DNA of 63,543 bases, counting the filler, from Nemertoderma westbladi (taxonomy: Eukaryota; Animalia; Xenacoelomorpha), in assembly GCA_032718475.1 (NCBI GenBank). It is 3 parts of 3 records of this genome, joined end to end, with 100 filler letters (N's around TTAATTAATTAA, not from the genome) between each part and the next. Parts side by side here need not be neighbours in the genome. Positions count along the whole stretch, not along the records: positions 47,054 to 63,543 come from JAUCBJ010001818.1; 2 more parts are not named here. One strand, 5' to 3'. Shown in pieces: positions 50,001-62,957 of the stretch. The notes under the pieces were generated by a model that had not been told where the DNA came from, did not search any database, and saw only the letters and a program-made list of their open reading frames with translations. Within the stretch, counting starts at the first letter, position 1. Each line of letters opens with the position of its first letter. Both the position numbers and the translations under genes were made by a program.

Positions 50001-51497
50001 CACTTTGATTTATAATGACCTTTTTTGTTACAATTATTACAGGTTATATCTTTAGCAGGGCAATTGTCTTTTCTATGTGGATTTCCACCACACCAAAAAC
50101 AGTTACCATCTTTGGCTGTGCGGTGTTGCTGTCGCCAGCGGTCTTGAGATTTACTACGATTTTTATTCATTGACCCACCATGCTGTGTATTAATTTTCCC
50201 TTGCTTGTAGGTTGACGTCTTATTAATAGAACATGATTCAGAACCACGAAGGACAGCTTGGTTGGATTTATTGGCCTCCCACTTTAAACATTTTACCCAA
50301 ATATCATCTAAAGTAGGACTATCCAACTCCATAAGTTTATTTTGTAACTCCTCATCAATCACGGATACAACAATCATAGTTGCGAGTTAATCCTCATAAG
50401 ATAAACCGTCGAGTTCTGCTTCTGCCCCAATTGCTTTAAGTCGGACCAGGTAATCGCTAAGTCGTTCCCCTTTAGCTTGGCGACATTTTTGGAAGTTTAC
50501 TCTCCGTGTCAGTACAGAATATTTCTGCTCAAAGTGTTTAGTAAGTCGATCCAAACAGTCATTGATAGGGACTGAATCATCTGCCCCAAGGATTTGTGTC
50601 AGTTCGTGTTTCATTTTCTCTGAGAGACATTCCTCCAAGTGGCCCCGGTATGCATCTAACGGGAGGCGATTCATGTTATTAGCTGTGGAATATCGAATAA
50701 ACGCTTTTTTCCAGCTTTTGAATCCAATAAATGTTGTATCGGTTTCGAGGCATATCTCAGGTTTCAGAGAAGAATCTATCTTTGGATGTCTATCACTGAG
50801 TTCAGGTGTTGTAGTTCTCGCAGCCTGTAGATTTGCATGAACTGGAGTTTTTGTGTTAAATTGTATTCTACAGCGTCTAATGTGACGGCGCAGACGTCCC
50901 AATTCATCTTCCAAACCTAAATATTCTATATATCTAGGTTCTTGTTCGGAAGTATCTTCATCGAGTCCCTCAATCCGGTGACTTTCATTGACTGAATTCA
51001 GGAATTTCTCTATGGATCCTTTGGCCAATGTAAACTCATCCTCCGTTTCCGCCAAGTCAATTTCATAATCTGGATCATCAGTGTCTTTGTCAACTAAACA
51101 ACTAACGTAGGTTTCCAGTTTATCAATAGCCCTTTTGGCTTGTAAGGCGTACTGGCCACGGCTTCCCCGGGCTGTCGTAATATCGCCCTTCATTGACATT
51201 TTGTGGCATTTACCGGTAGAGATCAGACATCCATCATTAATGAATATTAGGTAGGCTTATAACATAGGTACATAACGCAGCGCCATGTGATATCTGGCTC
51301 CCGATCAGATCACAAAATATAATAACATATTAAAATACTTAATATTAATTATTATTCGATAGTTTATAGTTTAAAATATCATAGTAAGTTCCCTATTAGC
51401 CTAGGACCCAACTTGTACTACACCGGTATAATAATACAGTAGTACGCTATTTGAAATTCCCGCCAATACGGTAATAATGTAATTTATGTATATCACA
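47054..51497 (-). mobile_element. Ty3/Gypsy LTR retrotransposon, Mag-like; 3' end lost in the gap
   Basis: 5' LTR at 51286-51497 with terminal inverted repeat TGTGATAT/ATATCACA, followed by PBS-like TGGCGCTGCG. Single gag-pol frame from 51199 with stops at 50387 and 47720: two Zn knuckles, PR LPDTGAS, RT LDATKGYWQ and KIVDD, RNase H TDAS, integrase HHCC/DDE (YPQSNGHAE). Confidence 0.93.
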
Positions 51498-52356
51498 CTC
51501 CAAAGTCATTAGGAATGATTAGATCAGTTAGATGCTTGGCTGAATTTCCTCTACTACTACTGGCTGTAGCCAGTAGGTGGTGTCACCATCACCCAATCGT
51601 CATTATGATAAGGACATGCTTAGAACCATGGCCTACTATACACAATGGCCCCTATGTCACCTAAAGGACTGAAAAAAAGAAGCTGACATTCAGAACTTGA
51701 CTTCTGCAGTACTGCAGTAATTTGTCACTTGCCGGGTGACCAGTATGTCAGAAAGAAGGCTACCTGGCTATGCAGCTATAGGTACTGGAGTATGTCTGTC
51801 AATTCTGTCTGTATGTACGGGATAGTACACCAACTCCACGTACCAAGCACAGCCACACTACCAAGTTCCAAGGTAACTTACTGCAGTACCAGTGTGCCAT
51901 GCTAATATGGTACTGCTGTATTGGCCGCACACGTATCCCAAACAAACTACCGGACTGGGACCGGTTGCCATGCCAGTCGACGTATCAGCCGTATCCCAGA
52001 CAAATTAAACCTACCAGTCTGCTGGTAGTTAACCCTACCGCAAACTTGTAGCCCTGGCAGTGGCACTCCGGTGTTTCGTCGTAAGCTCGACGGTGCAATG
52101 TACTGCCGTAGTACAGTCATACACGTATGTTCTGAGTAGGAGTATTCAGGTAGAAACTAAACGAGACAGTCTACTGGTCTACCTAAACCTATAGTACAAT
52201 ACTGCAATAGTACATATTACAGTAAGACAATCTCTAACTGCATGAACTGTCTAATCTGCTAATTATTTATTAACTGAATACTGGGATATGCAACCAAGTG
52301 TGATAATGATATTATTAAACTATTATTGCCATATTCAAATATTAGTCGTTTATACC

Positions 52357-55018
52357 ATGGTTAATTATTAAGTGTTGCATTTTTAACTGTAAAACAGGTT
52401 ACGATGGACATGCGAAAAAACCAAGTTATAAGTTCCCAAAGGATATCGATCTTATACGGCGATGGTCTGCGTTCGTGAATAGACTTTCAGGTCACCCCCT
52501 GTACTGTCATATGTGTAGACCATTTCGAACAATGTTACCTCAGGACTACGCCATCAGGTTCTGTGGATTTGGATCGCGCTAAGAAACCTATTCCAACAAT
52601 TCCTGCAGTAGGGAACCCCCAAGTTCTGTCCGGTATTCCTGAACCAAAACGACCACGTAAGGAACCAGCAACTCGTATCTACCAGGTCGACCAACTTGCG
52701 AAATATAAAAGTATATTCAGCATTGGTTCATTTAGTGACCTAACCGCGGAATGTGGTCCAGCTGGTTTTGCCTTCAATAAAAACTAAGATAGAGTTTTAT
52801 TGTATGAAATGGTCTTTTCCACTGTAATGCCAAGAGTTAAATGCTTAATTAATATTTCAAAAACAATGCATGTCAAACTCGAATCAAACCAACAACCCAT
52901 CCCCTTACCAGTGTGGTTTACAAAATCATCGGCTTGTCATTTAACATATATTTCGCAGATAATAAACTTTGTCAACTACCTTCACACATGCTATGATGAA
53001 TTTAATAGTAACCGCAAAGTTGTTAATGAAGTACTTACATATGCACAATATAATAAATATGGCCACCCTCCTTACTCTCACTCATACAGTAATACGATTT
53101 GCTTTAATGATTCAATACACTTCTTCACAGGCGTATTATTTACTACTGAAGGAGGTTCAACTACTATCATTTTCATTGCTCAGAAAATTAAATTATAGGG
53201 GAATTGATAACCTAAATGATCTTTCTGCATTAATGAAGATTGGGTCACTTGACACGGACGTTGTCCTTATTATTAATAGAATGAAGCTTGAAATGGCAGC
53301 TACCTATAGACAGGGCGATTATGTTGGTGCAAATGACAATGGGAAGTAATTTAGTGAGATCATTTGTTTAATGGTTGTTGGTATTAAACGGGGATTATCA
53401 TACTGTATGTAGTACAATCAGTACCAGTTGTTAGTGCTACGGCAAAGACACAGACATAAGACACCATTTCAGTCTTAGGTACGGCTTCGGATGCTGGTTT
53501 GTGAGTTCGTGTGATAATTACCGATAATTTAACTGTCAATACCTCAATGTACAGGCGCTTAGCCTACAAATACAATCAGTACCGATTTCGGGGGGAAATC
53601 CATGTTAAGTCCAAAATCTAAGGATCGTGTAATCGAGATTAATGGGCAAAAGGTGTATTTGATGCATGAACTTTGCATATAATGGAAAATATTAGAAATA
53701 ATTTAGTTAATGGTAAACAATTCCAAATCGAAGAGTTCATCTTTACATTGTTTAAAGACCCTGTTATTGTCCATAAAGGTAGGTGCTGCTGGAAAGACTT
53801 GTTGGATTTATATGACAAGGACCAGTTAGGGGCGTTAAGCTTACCTCCGAATGGCACCAAAACTAACATATCAATCATGCCACACAGGCAATAATAAACA
53901 GTCTGTACCATTAGCGTTAGCAATATTAGATGAGAAAACCACCACAGTGCTATTGCACTACTTCCCAAACAGGTTTCCTTCCTCAGAATTTCTTAGCCTC
54001 ATAAATAAATGGTGGTTGGTTTGTAACTCCAAACAACGATTTCATCCTCATAATTACTTATTAGGAAATACAATATCCCTCAGTGACAATAACATACGAT
54101 TTTTTCGTAATCTCGCAGACTGGGTTAAATTATGGATGCCCGATACCATTATAGATCCTGGAGAATGGTGTGGGCGTACATTAACCAAACAGACTGGACA
54201 AGCATTAATTCAAACTCTTCAATGTATTGCTGATCTTTGTGAATATCTTTTGGGAGAATGATTCGAATACGTTATAGTTTCTAGGCTAAATTCTGACCCA
54301 CTCGACTTACGATATTCGAAATACCGCCAAATAAGTGGGGGAAGATTCCTAGTTTCGTTAATATAAGTTGAGAATTCAGAGCGGATATTGCGTTTAAAGT
54401 CTATGATAGAGGCCGGTATAGATGCTTGGGATGACAAAACGGTGCAACCAAGTCTGGAAGCAACTTTTCAAGAAATAGTGCATTGGGGACGTCCTTTAAA
54501 AGTTGTAGTGATATGATCATGGCGGAACTGACAGAAGTACCAAGGTCATTAATGATATTGCTGATTTCCTCATTAGGAAACTAGACTCAAAAAAACTCAA
54601 AATTGACTCCTATGTAGAAAAAACAATTGCATGTACGTGTGAAACATATACAACTGGTGGTTGTTCCCCATCCAGCTCTGAAGGAGAAATTGTTGAACCA
54701 TGGAGGTCTTCAGGTTCCTTCTATTGACTTTATTCATTCGGTAGCCAATTTCTTTAGTCGTTTAGAAACTATGGAAAGCATATTGTGCATAATTCTTAAA
54801 TTCCTGTGTGAAAAGCAGTAATGCTGCTGTTGAATAAATGTGGCCTAATGATTGATGGAATTTTATTTTGTTATCGTCACAGAATGTTCTATGATGTTGT
54901 GCACCGAACAGTTATTAATATTTTCTTCAACAACCTGCAGAAAGTTAAAACGGATGAGGGTAGAGAAGACAGTCTTTCAAAGTTTAAAGCTAGACAAAGG
55001 AAAAAGTTGGATTATTAA
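52357..55018 (+). pseudogene. Decayed P-element-superfamily (THAP) transposase
   Basis: THAP-like MVN.KCCIFNCKTGY...FPKD...RRW...CVDHF, then QSVPLALAI, FLSLINKWW..NSK and SDPL..RYSKYRQISGGRFLVS. Many stops and frameshifts. Confidence 0.8.
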
Positions 55019-55399
55019 TATTACTAAAATATGAAATAAATTGTTGACTTGAAAATGCTGATTAATTACTTGGATAAATGATTGTCAAATTTGAACTTAA
55101 TAATATTGAGAGTTAAAGTTATTGCTAAAATAATATTGGGCTAATTGAGAATTATTGGTAAAATAACATTATGCTAACATGGTGTTCAGAAATATTTTAC
55201 AGATTTTGACAAACCCCTTTCCCTTGTCACAAAATAGTAAATATTGAACACTTAAGGAATTATTACAGTAATGACAGAGGCTAGCATCAGTGATGTAACT
55301 TAAAATTGGAGATACGGACGTCACTTGATAATATAATTTATAATTACAACCCAAAAAGTCTTAAAGAAGTCAACAAAAATAACAAACCAGATGTCTGTC

Positions 55400-55740
55400 T
55401 TTCTTTTTTGAAAATTCTTCAACTATCCTTCTAAGCGCCTAAATCGGCTCCATGGTACCACGACCTTTTACGGAATCCATTCTGATTTCCACGGAGCAGT
55501 CTCTCAATGGAATCCCTGATGCGATTTAATAGAATTCTATTGTATAGCTTTGCAGCAATCGAGATCAATGAGATTCTACTTATGGAATACTAGAAGTAAT
55601 CATTGCTGCAATTTGATTGTTATATTGAACCATGGTAAAAATTAATTATTCACAACTCTGGTTGGTGTTTTGCAAAGTGATACATTGACTCCAATACTAT
55701 CCATAATGTATTGGATTATGCAATTTGAAACAGAAAGACA
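55400..55740 (+). mobile_element. Old RTE-like RT remnant
   Basis: VGVLQSDTLTP resembles the GVLQGDTLAP motif; heavily decayed. Confidence 0.4.
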
Positions 55741-55923
55741 TAGGTCTGTTGATTACCGTTGATATACCGTTGTTGCGCAGGGTGCACAATATTGCATATA
55801 ATGCACACATAAGTAATTAGTTCTTGCTAATTAATTAGTTCCATATCGCGATGCTAAGACACAGCATCACCCTGCAGAGATACCGGCTGGAGCTTGCTGG
55901 GCACTGTTTCCATAGTGCCTCAG

Positions 55924-56060
55924 CAGACAGATGGAGGGGGGGGGGGGGGGGGGGGGGGGTCTTTCTACGCATACAAAATTCATCCCTCTTCATCCCTCTG
56001 TTCTCTTGACATTAGTTTATTGTTGTGATTTGAATAATGTGCCACTGTAACCTGCTTTCT
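55924..56060 (-). mobile_element. Degenerate MITE family A fragment
   Basis: Poly-G, then aaattcatccctct and gtgccactgtaacctgct. Confidence 0.6.
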
Positions 56061-56369
56061 TTCTTTCTTTCTCCTGCATTCTTTCATCCCAGACTATAAG
56101 CAAACATTAAGCGTTTCTGATGTGTGGTGGGTAGTAATGTGCTGTATAGAATGGCAACAGCTAATCAAACTCCCTGCCTCCCTGCCATCAAACTAAAGAG
56201 ATTATCAATTATTAGGTTATTATGACGGCTGTTTCTTAGTCACATAGGCTGTAGGTATAGTGTAAAGTGGATAGTTGACTGTATAACTGTTAATATATAC
56301 TGCTGTAATCACAGCTCTAATTATTACCCTTGATTGATTTTAATAACCCAATTCATGATTTTTTTTCAG

Positions 56370-56449
56370 CTACCGCAATCCCAATAGGTGTTATTCTTGG
56401 TTCCATGAGTTTGGTAACCTTTCTGGGAAATGGTCTTGTGCTTCACGCG
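56370..56449 (+). CDS. Aminergic class A GPCR, TM1 exon
   Basis: ttttttcag|...|gtaagt; encodes TAIPIGVILGSMSLVTFLGNGLVLHA with the TM1 GN motif. Absent from the ORF track. Confidence 0.85.
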
Positions 56450-56690
56450 GTAAGTCAAAAAACTGACTAAAATGTCGTCAGTTGTAGCTATTAAATTAAA
56501 TGTTTATCCACCAACACGAATATCATCACACAGCTAAGAAACACCAGCACTCTGCTTAAATAAAGTGCTAGTTTGCAAGCTTGGATTTATAATTTTCTTC
56601 GAAATTTTAAATTGAAAGAAATTCATTATTTAAAAAAACTAATCCATTTGACATAACATTTTATAAATAATTTTTTTAACTACTACTTAA

Positions 56691-57750
56691 CCCTAATAAA
56701 CCCAGCGAGAGGGGGTCAATATGAACCCCCGTGTTTATTTTGTTACAACTCTGAAACAAACACAGTTGGAAATCTGAAATTTAAAGATTTTTCGTAAAAT
56801 TTTGTCTTCCAAATTGTGAAACGGTTTTGAAAAATATTTGGGTCTTTTCGAGTTATACCACCATTTTTTAACCCTACTTTTGGCACTATTTCTGAGACGT
56901 TATTGAAACTTACTTTTAATGAAATATGATTTGTAACATCTATATCTTCGATTTACACCTGTTTTTTGATGTTCGCAATTCGATGGAATACATATAAAAT
57001 GTGCTAGAACTTTCAAACTTGTTCTTTTCGGCGGGTGCCCAAGTTATATTTGAAAATATCTTAAAATTGTAAATTGGTTGTGTGAACCTGCTTTTTGTGT
57101 TATAGGGGTCTTTTGGGGTCCTCATTTCGATGGAATATATGCGAGTTGTACCACATATATCAAACTTGTATTATTCGATGGTGGCGCTGGGTGCAAATTT
57201 TAGTGCCAGCATGAAATCTTGAAAATACATCCAATACTGCAATTGAATGTCACATCTTGTTTCTAGCATTTACAGGTTTTGGGGGGTTCTAAATTCAGTG
57301 GAACAATGAAAATCTAATTAGACATCTCAAACTTGTATTTTTCGGAAGTGGGTGCATTTTTTTGTGGTAGCACCAAATTTTTGAAAATAAGCAAATTGAT
57401 CAATAGATAGTATCATCTTGTTTTTTGCTTTATACGGTTTTATGAGGGTTCTGAATCCGATGAAATCAATAAAAACAGCACTGGACATCTCAAACTTGTA
57501 CTTTTCGGAAGTGGGTGCGAAATTTGGTGATAGCACCAAAATTTACCATATTACGCCGAAAAATACGTGTAGCAATGATCTGGAGCATTAGAAATGTATC
57601 AGAATCAGCGTCCCAGAAATCCTAAACAAATGAATTTATAGCATTGCATAAGTTAATCAAATGTTTTGTTTCCAAAATGAAAAGTGTTGGTTACTTGTTG
57701 TTTTCATTATTGCTTACATAGAGCACTTGTTGTCATTTATAGTAAAAACC
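56691..57750 (-). mobile_element. Partial piggyBac-like non-autonomous element (inverted relative to the copy at 58379)
   Basis: TTAA-CCCTAATAA terminus; about 1 kb is homologous to the reverse complement of 58700-59967. Confidence 0.75.
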
Positions 57751-58378
57751 TATATAGAAAAATGATTAGGTAAAATTTTAACTTTCATGTTTTTGATAAT
57801 TGTTCACTACTTGAAATTTTGGTGCTCCAAAATAACAACCCCAGTAAACCACCCAGAACTTGTTACAATGCTTAAAAAAGCTGCATCTGAAATCGTTTTA
57901 TTATCAAGTTGACAATAATAATTGATAATGATCATCAGTTGATTGTAAAAATAACATTACTTGTAATGTTGTAACATAGAACTTAGAACTGCAACAACTT
58001 CTGCTATTAGTGATCATGGGTGAGGCGATCAGAAAAAGAACACACATCCATAATAAAAGAACATTGTTAACATTAGTTATCCAGTCTATGGAAATCAACC
58101 TAATTGGGGGTGGTTCTTTAGAACTGAGAGTTTTCCATTTTTCAGTACCGCATGTCCTTGCTCCATTGCATCAAACTGCTGAGGACAATGACAACAGGCA
58201 CCCTGCCCTCTTTGCCTGATAAGTAACAGTTCGGTCATGCTTGCACATTTTAATAACTTGTGAACCTTAATTATACTTACACATTCATAGATCACGTAGT
58301 GTTTTCAATTTTAGTAAATTTAAAAATTTTGTTTTTATTATGAAATTTATTAGAAATTATGACTCCAGATATATTTAA

Positions 58379-59967
58379 CCCTATTAATACCGGGCTATAA
58401 AGTGTTGTACAAATACCGAGGTGGGGTCATATTGACCCCCCCCCCCCCCCCCCCCCCCTCTAAAATCTACAGATATTTACAAAAATGTCTGATTTTTTGT
58501 TTGTACGTAGGTATCACTAGTCTGGATCCGATCAAAAAATTTTCGAAAAAATGTACTGGGGTGGTTATATTGCAGCACCAAAATTACAAATAGTGCACAA
58601 TTTTCACAAATTTTGAATGTTACATTTTTCGGCTAATTGTTTTTCAATACAGGTTTTCTGGGGCGCAAAATACATTGGAAAATATTTAAAAATTATATGA
58701 TTACTATAAATGGCTGTTTAGTCCTCTCTACATAGGAGAAAAATGAAAAAAACAAGTAACCAGCACTTTTCAGTTAGAACACAAAATTTTTAATTCACTT
58801 ATACGATGCTATAAATTCATATTTTCAGGTTTTCTAGGGCGCTGATTCTAATGGAATACATTTCTAATATGCCAGATCATTGCTACTTGTATTTTCCGGC
58901 GTAATTTGGCAAATTTTGGTGCTAGCACCAAATTTCGTACCCATCACCAAAAAGTACAGGTTTGCGATGTCCAGTGCTGTTTTTATTGATTCCATCGGAT
59001 TCAGGACCCTCATAAACCCGTATAACGCAAGAAACAAGATGATACTATCTACTGATCAATTTGCTTATTTTCCAAAATTTGGTGCTGGCACAACAATTTT
59101 CACACACCGGCGAAAAATACAAGTTTGAAAACTCTTATGAAATTTTTACTGATTCCATTAAATTCAGAACCATCACAAACTCGTATAACGCAAGAAAAAA
59201 GGTGACACAATCAATTGATATATTTGATGATTTTCAAAATTTGGTGCTAGCACCACATTTTGCACCCACTTCCGAAAAATTCAAGTTGGAGATGTTTAGT
59301 TCGATAATTATATATTCCATTGAATTCAGAACAGCCATAAACCTCTAAAACGTAAGAAATAAATTGTCACAAGCAATTTTATCTATTGAATGGATTTTTT
59401 TCAAAATTTCGTGCTAGCACCAAAATTTACACACAGCACCGAAAAATACAAGTTTGATACGCTTTGTGCAAATCGTATATATTTCATCGAAACCAGAACC
59501 CCAAAAAACCCCAATTGCGTAAAAAACAAGTTTCAAACAACCACTTTTCAAAATTGACATATTTCAAATTTTGGTGCTGCACCAAAATTTGGCACCCGCC
59601 AAAAAAACAAGATTGAAATTTCTAAATCAATTTATATGAATTCCCACCAATTGCTAACACCAAAAAACCGGTGTAAATCAAAAATAGAGATGTTACAATT
59701 CATATTTAATGAAATGTAATTTTCAAAAACGTCTCAAAAAAAAGTGCCAAAAGTAGGGTTAAAAAATGGTGCTATTACTCGAAAACTACCCAATATTTTT
59801 GAAACGGTTTTCACTACTAGGAAGACACCAGATTTTTAGGAAAAGTCATAAAATTTCAGATTCCCAACTGCGTTTGTTTCAAAATTATAATAAAAAAACC
59901 ACGGGTGGGGGGGTCATATTGACCCCCCCCCCCCCCCCCCCCCCCCGGGGGGGGGGGTTTAATAGGG
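58379..59967 (+). mobile_element. piggyBac-like non-autonomous element
   Basis: TTAA|CCCTATTAA...TTAATAGGG|TTAA; internal degenerate repeats built on gcaccaaa. Confidence 0.82.
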
Positions 59968-60045
59968 TTAAGATATATTCATTGATGATGCATTAATTAT
60001 ACAGATGCTGCACTTACTTATCTTCCATTCTATTATCTGTTTCAG

Positions 60046-60189
60046 ATTCACACAGAAGTATATTTGCAGACACCTAGTAACTATTTTATTGCGTCTCTCG
60101 CAACCGCTGACCTACTAATAGGCCTTATAGCAATGCCTCTTAGTATGGTACATATACTGGCGAGTTACAAATGGATTCTAGGAAGGGAG
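60046..60189 (+). CDS. Aminergic GPCR (histamine H1/biogenic amine-like), ICL1-TM2-ECL1 exon
   Basis: tttcag|IHTEVYLQTPSNYFIASLATADLLIGLIAMPLS...KWILGRE|gttggt; joins the previous exon in phase 0. Later exons are not seen in the window. Confidence 0.88.
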
Positions 60190-60714
60190 GTTGGTCATAT
60201 AATTATTGCATTCATACCTATGATTTATATTAGTTCCAATGCCATTTTCAGTAGTCTTCTATTACATTGTGTGTAAGGTAGCAGCTGCTCTCTTTGCAGT
60301 CGCAACACTCTCTGGTCCGTATTTACACGTTCGTGGGGCCTTCGCGCAGCACGAGGCCCAGTTATGAGATACAAATTAAAATTGTGCGACTGTATCACAA
60401 AATCAGGTTATGAGAGATTAACCCACACCACCAATTAATCAAAGAAAGGGGGACAGTACGTGTTCACCCCTTTTAATCTGCACCCCCCCCCCCCCCCCCT
60501 CCCCCCACCCACCAATACATAACCGCGACATCTACCACCTACGGAAGGGTAGCACGAACTTATTTCCAAACGCACGTTCAATATGCAAAGCCAGGTGGTT
60601 TATAGGAATATAATCAATGCAGTACTCGTCTTCATTATAAGCCTCTTTGCGTTCGACCTGTTTTGTATTAAAATATATTTATTAAACGCAGGCTGACGCT
60701 CTTTATAATAATAA

Positions 60715-61058
60715 TACCTAGGGATGCCAGCTTCCAGACTTTCAATCTTTACTGCCGCGCAAACCCCGCAGAGGAAGTTTTGGTTTGAGAGATCAAGCCC
60801 ATCGGCAATTGGTGTTTCAATTTCGGTCCAGGAACTCTGACAATGGGAGCATTCAATCTTAGCTGTGGTCCATTCCCGTGGTTTCGGCTTCCTTTTCTTC
60901 GTCCCAATGACAGATTCTTCTGAAGACGTTCGATTCGCTTTCAGTTTATTGTTGGCGTTTGTGTTTTGAAGTTGTATTCGAGTGGACAGTCGCGCCGGTT
61001 TCGAGGTAACCATACCGACCTGTGATAAGCGTTGGTTTTGTTGAGTGCCGGTATTCAT
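60715..61058 (-). mobile_element. Probable LINE (CR1/L2-type) ORF1 5' fragment with a PHD-like finger
   Basis: Basic N-terminus, then IECSHCQSSW...FLCGVC and a short coiled-coil-like segment, ending abruptly in AT-rich DNA. Confidence 0.45.
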
Positions 61059-61938
61059 CTTCTCTCACCTCTTCAATGTCAGATTTTGCAAATACTGATA
61101 ACACGAATAACGGTATATATTTCAATACTTGTCAATAGTAATATATATAATTTAGATAACTATTTTATATCTGTACTGTTGAGCAAACTCTACATAAATT
61201 TCAACCTGTGTATCGCCGGTAGTGCTGTTGCTGTGCAAGTGCTGAAGTGCTATTTGCCACCGGTCACGCGGTCAGCCGGTACCGGTAGTAGGGTGGTACC
61301 ATGGCCTACTACACACAGGCCATGACAAGGACTTTGCTGTGAAATTAGCGTAGGCTGACTGATGAATTATCAAATATTATATTTTCCATGAATGCAGGGT
61401 CCATATTTAAAAGAAGATGACTAGATTTTCGTAAAGAATTTAATTGAAACAGTATTTAATAATTAATAAATTAATTATCGCTAGAGTTCCTGCAGCTTTT
61501 ATTTGTTTGTGGCTGCCTCTGGCTATGTTTGTGGCAGGAATGTTTGAAAAGCTAATAAGTCGGTCAATCATGGATGAAATGGAACCAAACTTGGTACACA
61601 TGTAGTCTATAAAAAATTTAGAAATTCTACACACAGACAGACTTCTACAGTTCCCCGGTCTGCCGCTAGGGGGCGAATTAACAGAAACGTAAAAATAGCT
61701 GTAATTATAGAACCAAAGATCAGATTCATCTGAAATTTAGTAGTAGTTACCTAAGAGCATTGCTTAATTAGAAATTCTACAGAGACTTTTACAGTTCCTG
61801 TCTGCCGCTAGTGGGGAATTGTTAGAGCTCCAGTTCAACGTGCTTAGCACGGTTTAATAAACAATCAATTAATTATTTTATTCAATACAGTAATTATAAC
61901 AGTAAAATGCAATGTATTCTATTTTTTAGTGAAATCAA

Positions 61939-62206
61939 GAGATAGGAGGGGGGTGGGACTGGACGCAAATCCCATCTTGGCGAATTAATATCCCGCCTCA
62001 ATATTAATTTCTCAATTTTGGGAAAGGAGCAGGTTACAGTGGCACGTTATTTTAACCAAAACAATAAAGTAAACACAATAGAACAGGTTACAGTTTTATT
62101 TTTGAGAGTAATCAGCTGTTGTTATTTGCGTCCAATTTCCCCTGGAGAGGGATGAATTTTTATTGCGTCCAGTTCCCCCCCCCCCCCCCCCCCCCCCCCC
62201 TATCTT
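61939..62206 (+). mobile_element. MITE family A, complete copy (hAT- or P-type)
   Basis: AGATAGG-G(n)-ACTGGACGCAA / TTGCGTCCAGT-C(n)-CCTATCT; perfect 8-bp TSD GAAATCAA. Confidence 0.9.
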
Positions 62207-62327
62207 GAAATCAAATACCAAAAATATATTTATTATATGAACAATCTATTTGGAAATTGTAAGTTCGGCCTATCTCTTTACCATAAGCTCAGAATCTTTA
62301 TCTGGTGTGTTTTTATTATTTTACCAA

Positions 62328-62957
62328 TTATTTAATATGTTTGATAGAATTGAACAACACCGCCCAACACAACCAACTCTCTATCCGCCTCGAGCATCGA
62401 GAATACGAGAAACTCGATCGAAATACCTGCTTATCCCAGTAGTATCCGTCCGTAGTCACCGGACCGCTGCGGTTTACTCCCGTAGAACAGTAGAATTCCC
62501 GCAGCTTCCGACCCAATTCGACAACGAATTCGCTTCACACTTTCGCGTCACAGAGAACGTAATCCAGTGCGATAACGTCTGCCCAACGTTCAACCATTTC
62601 CCCCAGGCGATCCCAGGATCCGGGCCGCCGCTAAACCCAGATCGCAATCCTCGTCGATTCGTCCAGTCGTCGACGTAAGTCAGTAAGTGGGACTCTTCCC
62701 ACCGCACTCCAAGGTGGGTGACCGGAGTGAGGCATGATGAACTTGGCAGTGGCCCGCATTACGATCTGACCGACCGCCGTATTCCCAGTGTCTGAGTGTA
62801 GTAAATACCCAAATAGAATCGTACTGACAAACAAGCAATTCCGTAGTATTCCCCCGTTAATCACCTCTTGAAGCAACTCGGCTGCTCGGGTCCAGATACA
62901 TCGGACTGTCGGGAGCGTTTCAGACAGTAATGGAGCGGCATTTGCGAATATTTCCAA
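62328..62957 (-). pseudogene. Unidentified ~210-codon reading frame with two in-frame stops
   Basis: ORFs 62631-62957 and 62328-62516 share a frame, bridged by RRPGSWDRLGEMVERWADVIALDYVLCDAKV. GC/CpG content is exon-like. Confidence 0.35.

Noticed and set aside
47720-50389. Programmed stop readthrough in the Gypsy element (and at BEL 25244 and 26135)
   Set aside because: The stops fall inside domains, not at the gag-pol boundary, and are simplest as single-base nonsense mutations.
56151-56215. GPCR first coding exon MATANQTPCL...
   Set aside because: The NQT sequon is attractive, but the AG|GT donor is phase 2 while the TM1 exon needs phase 1. Unresolved.
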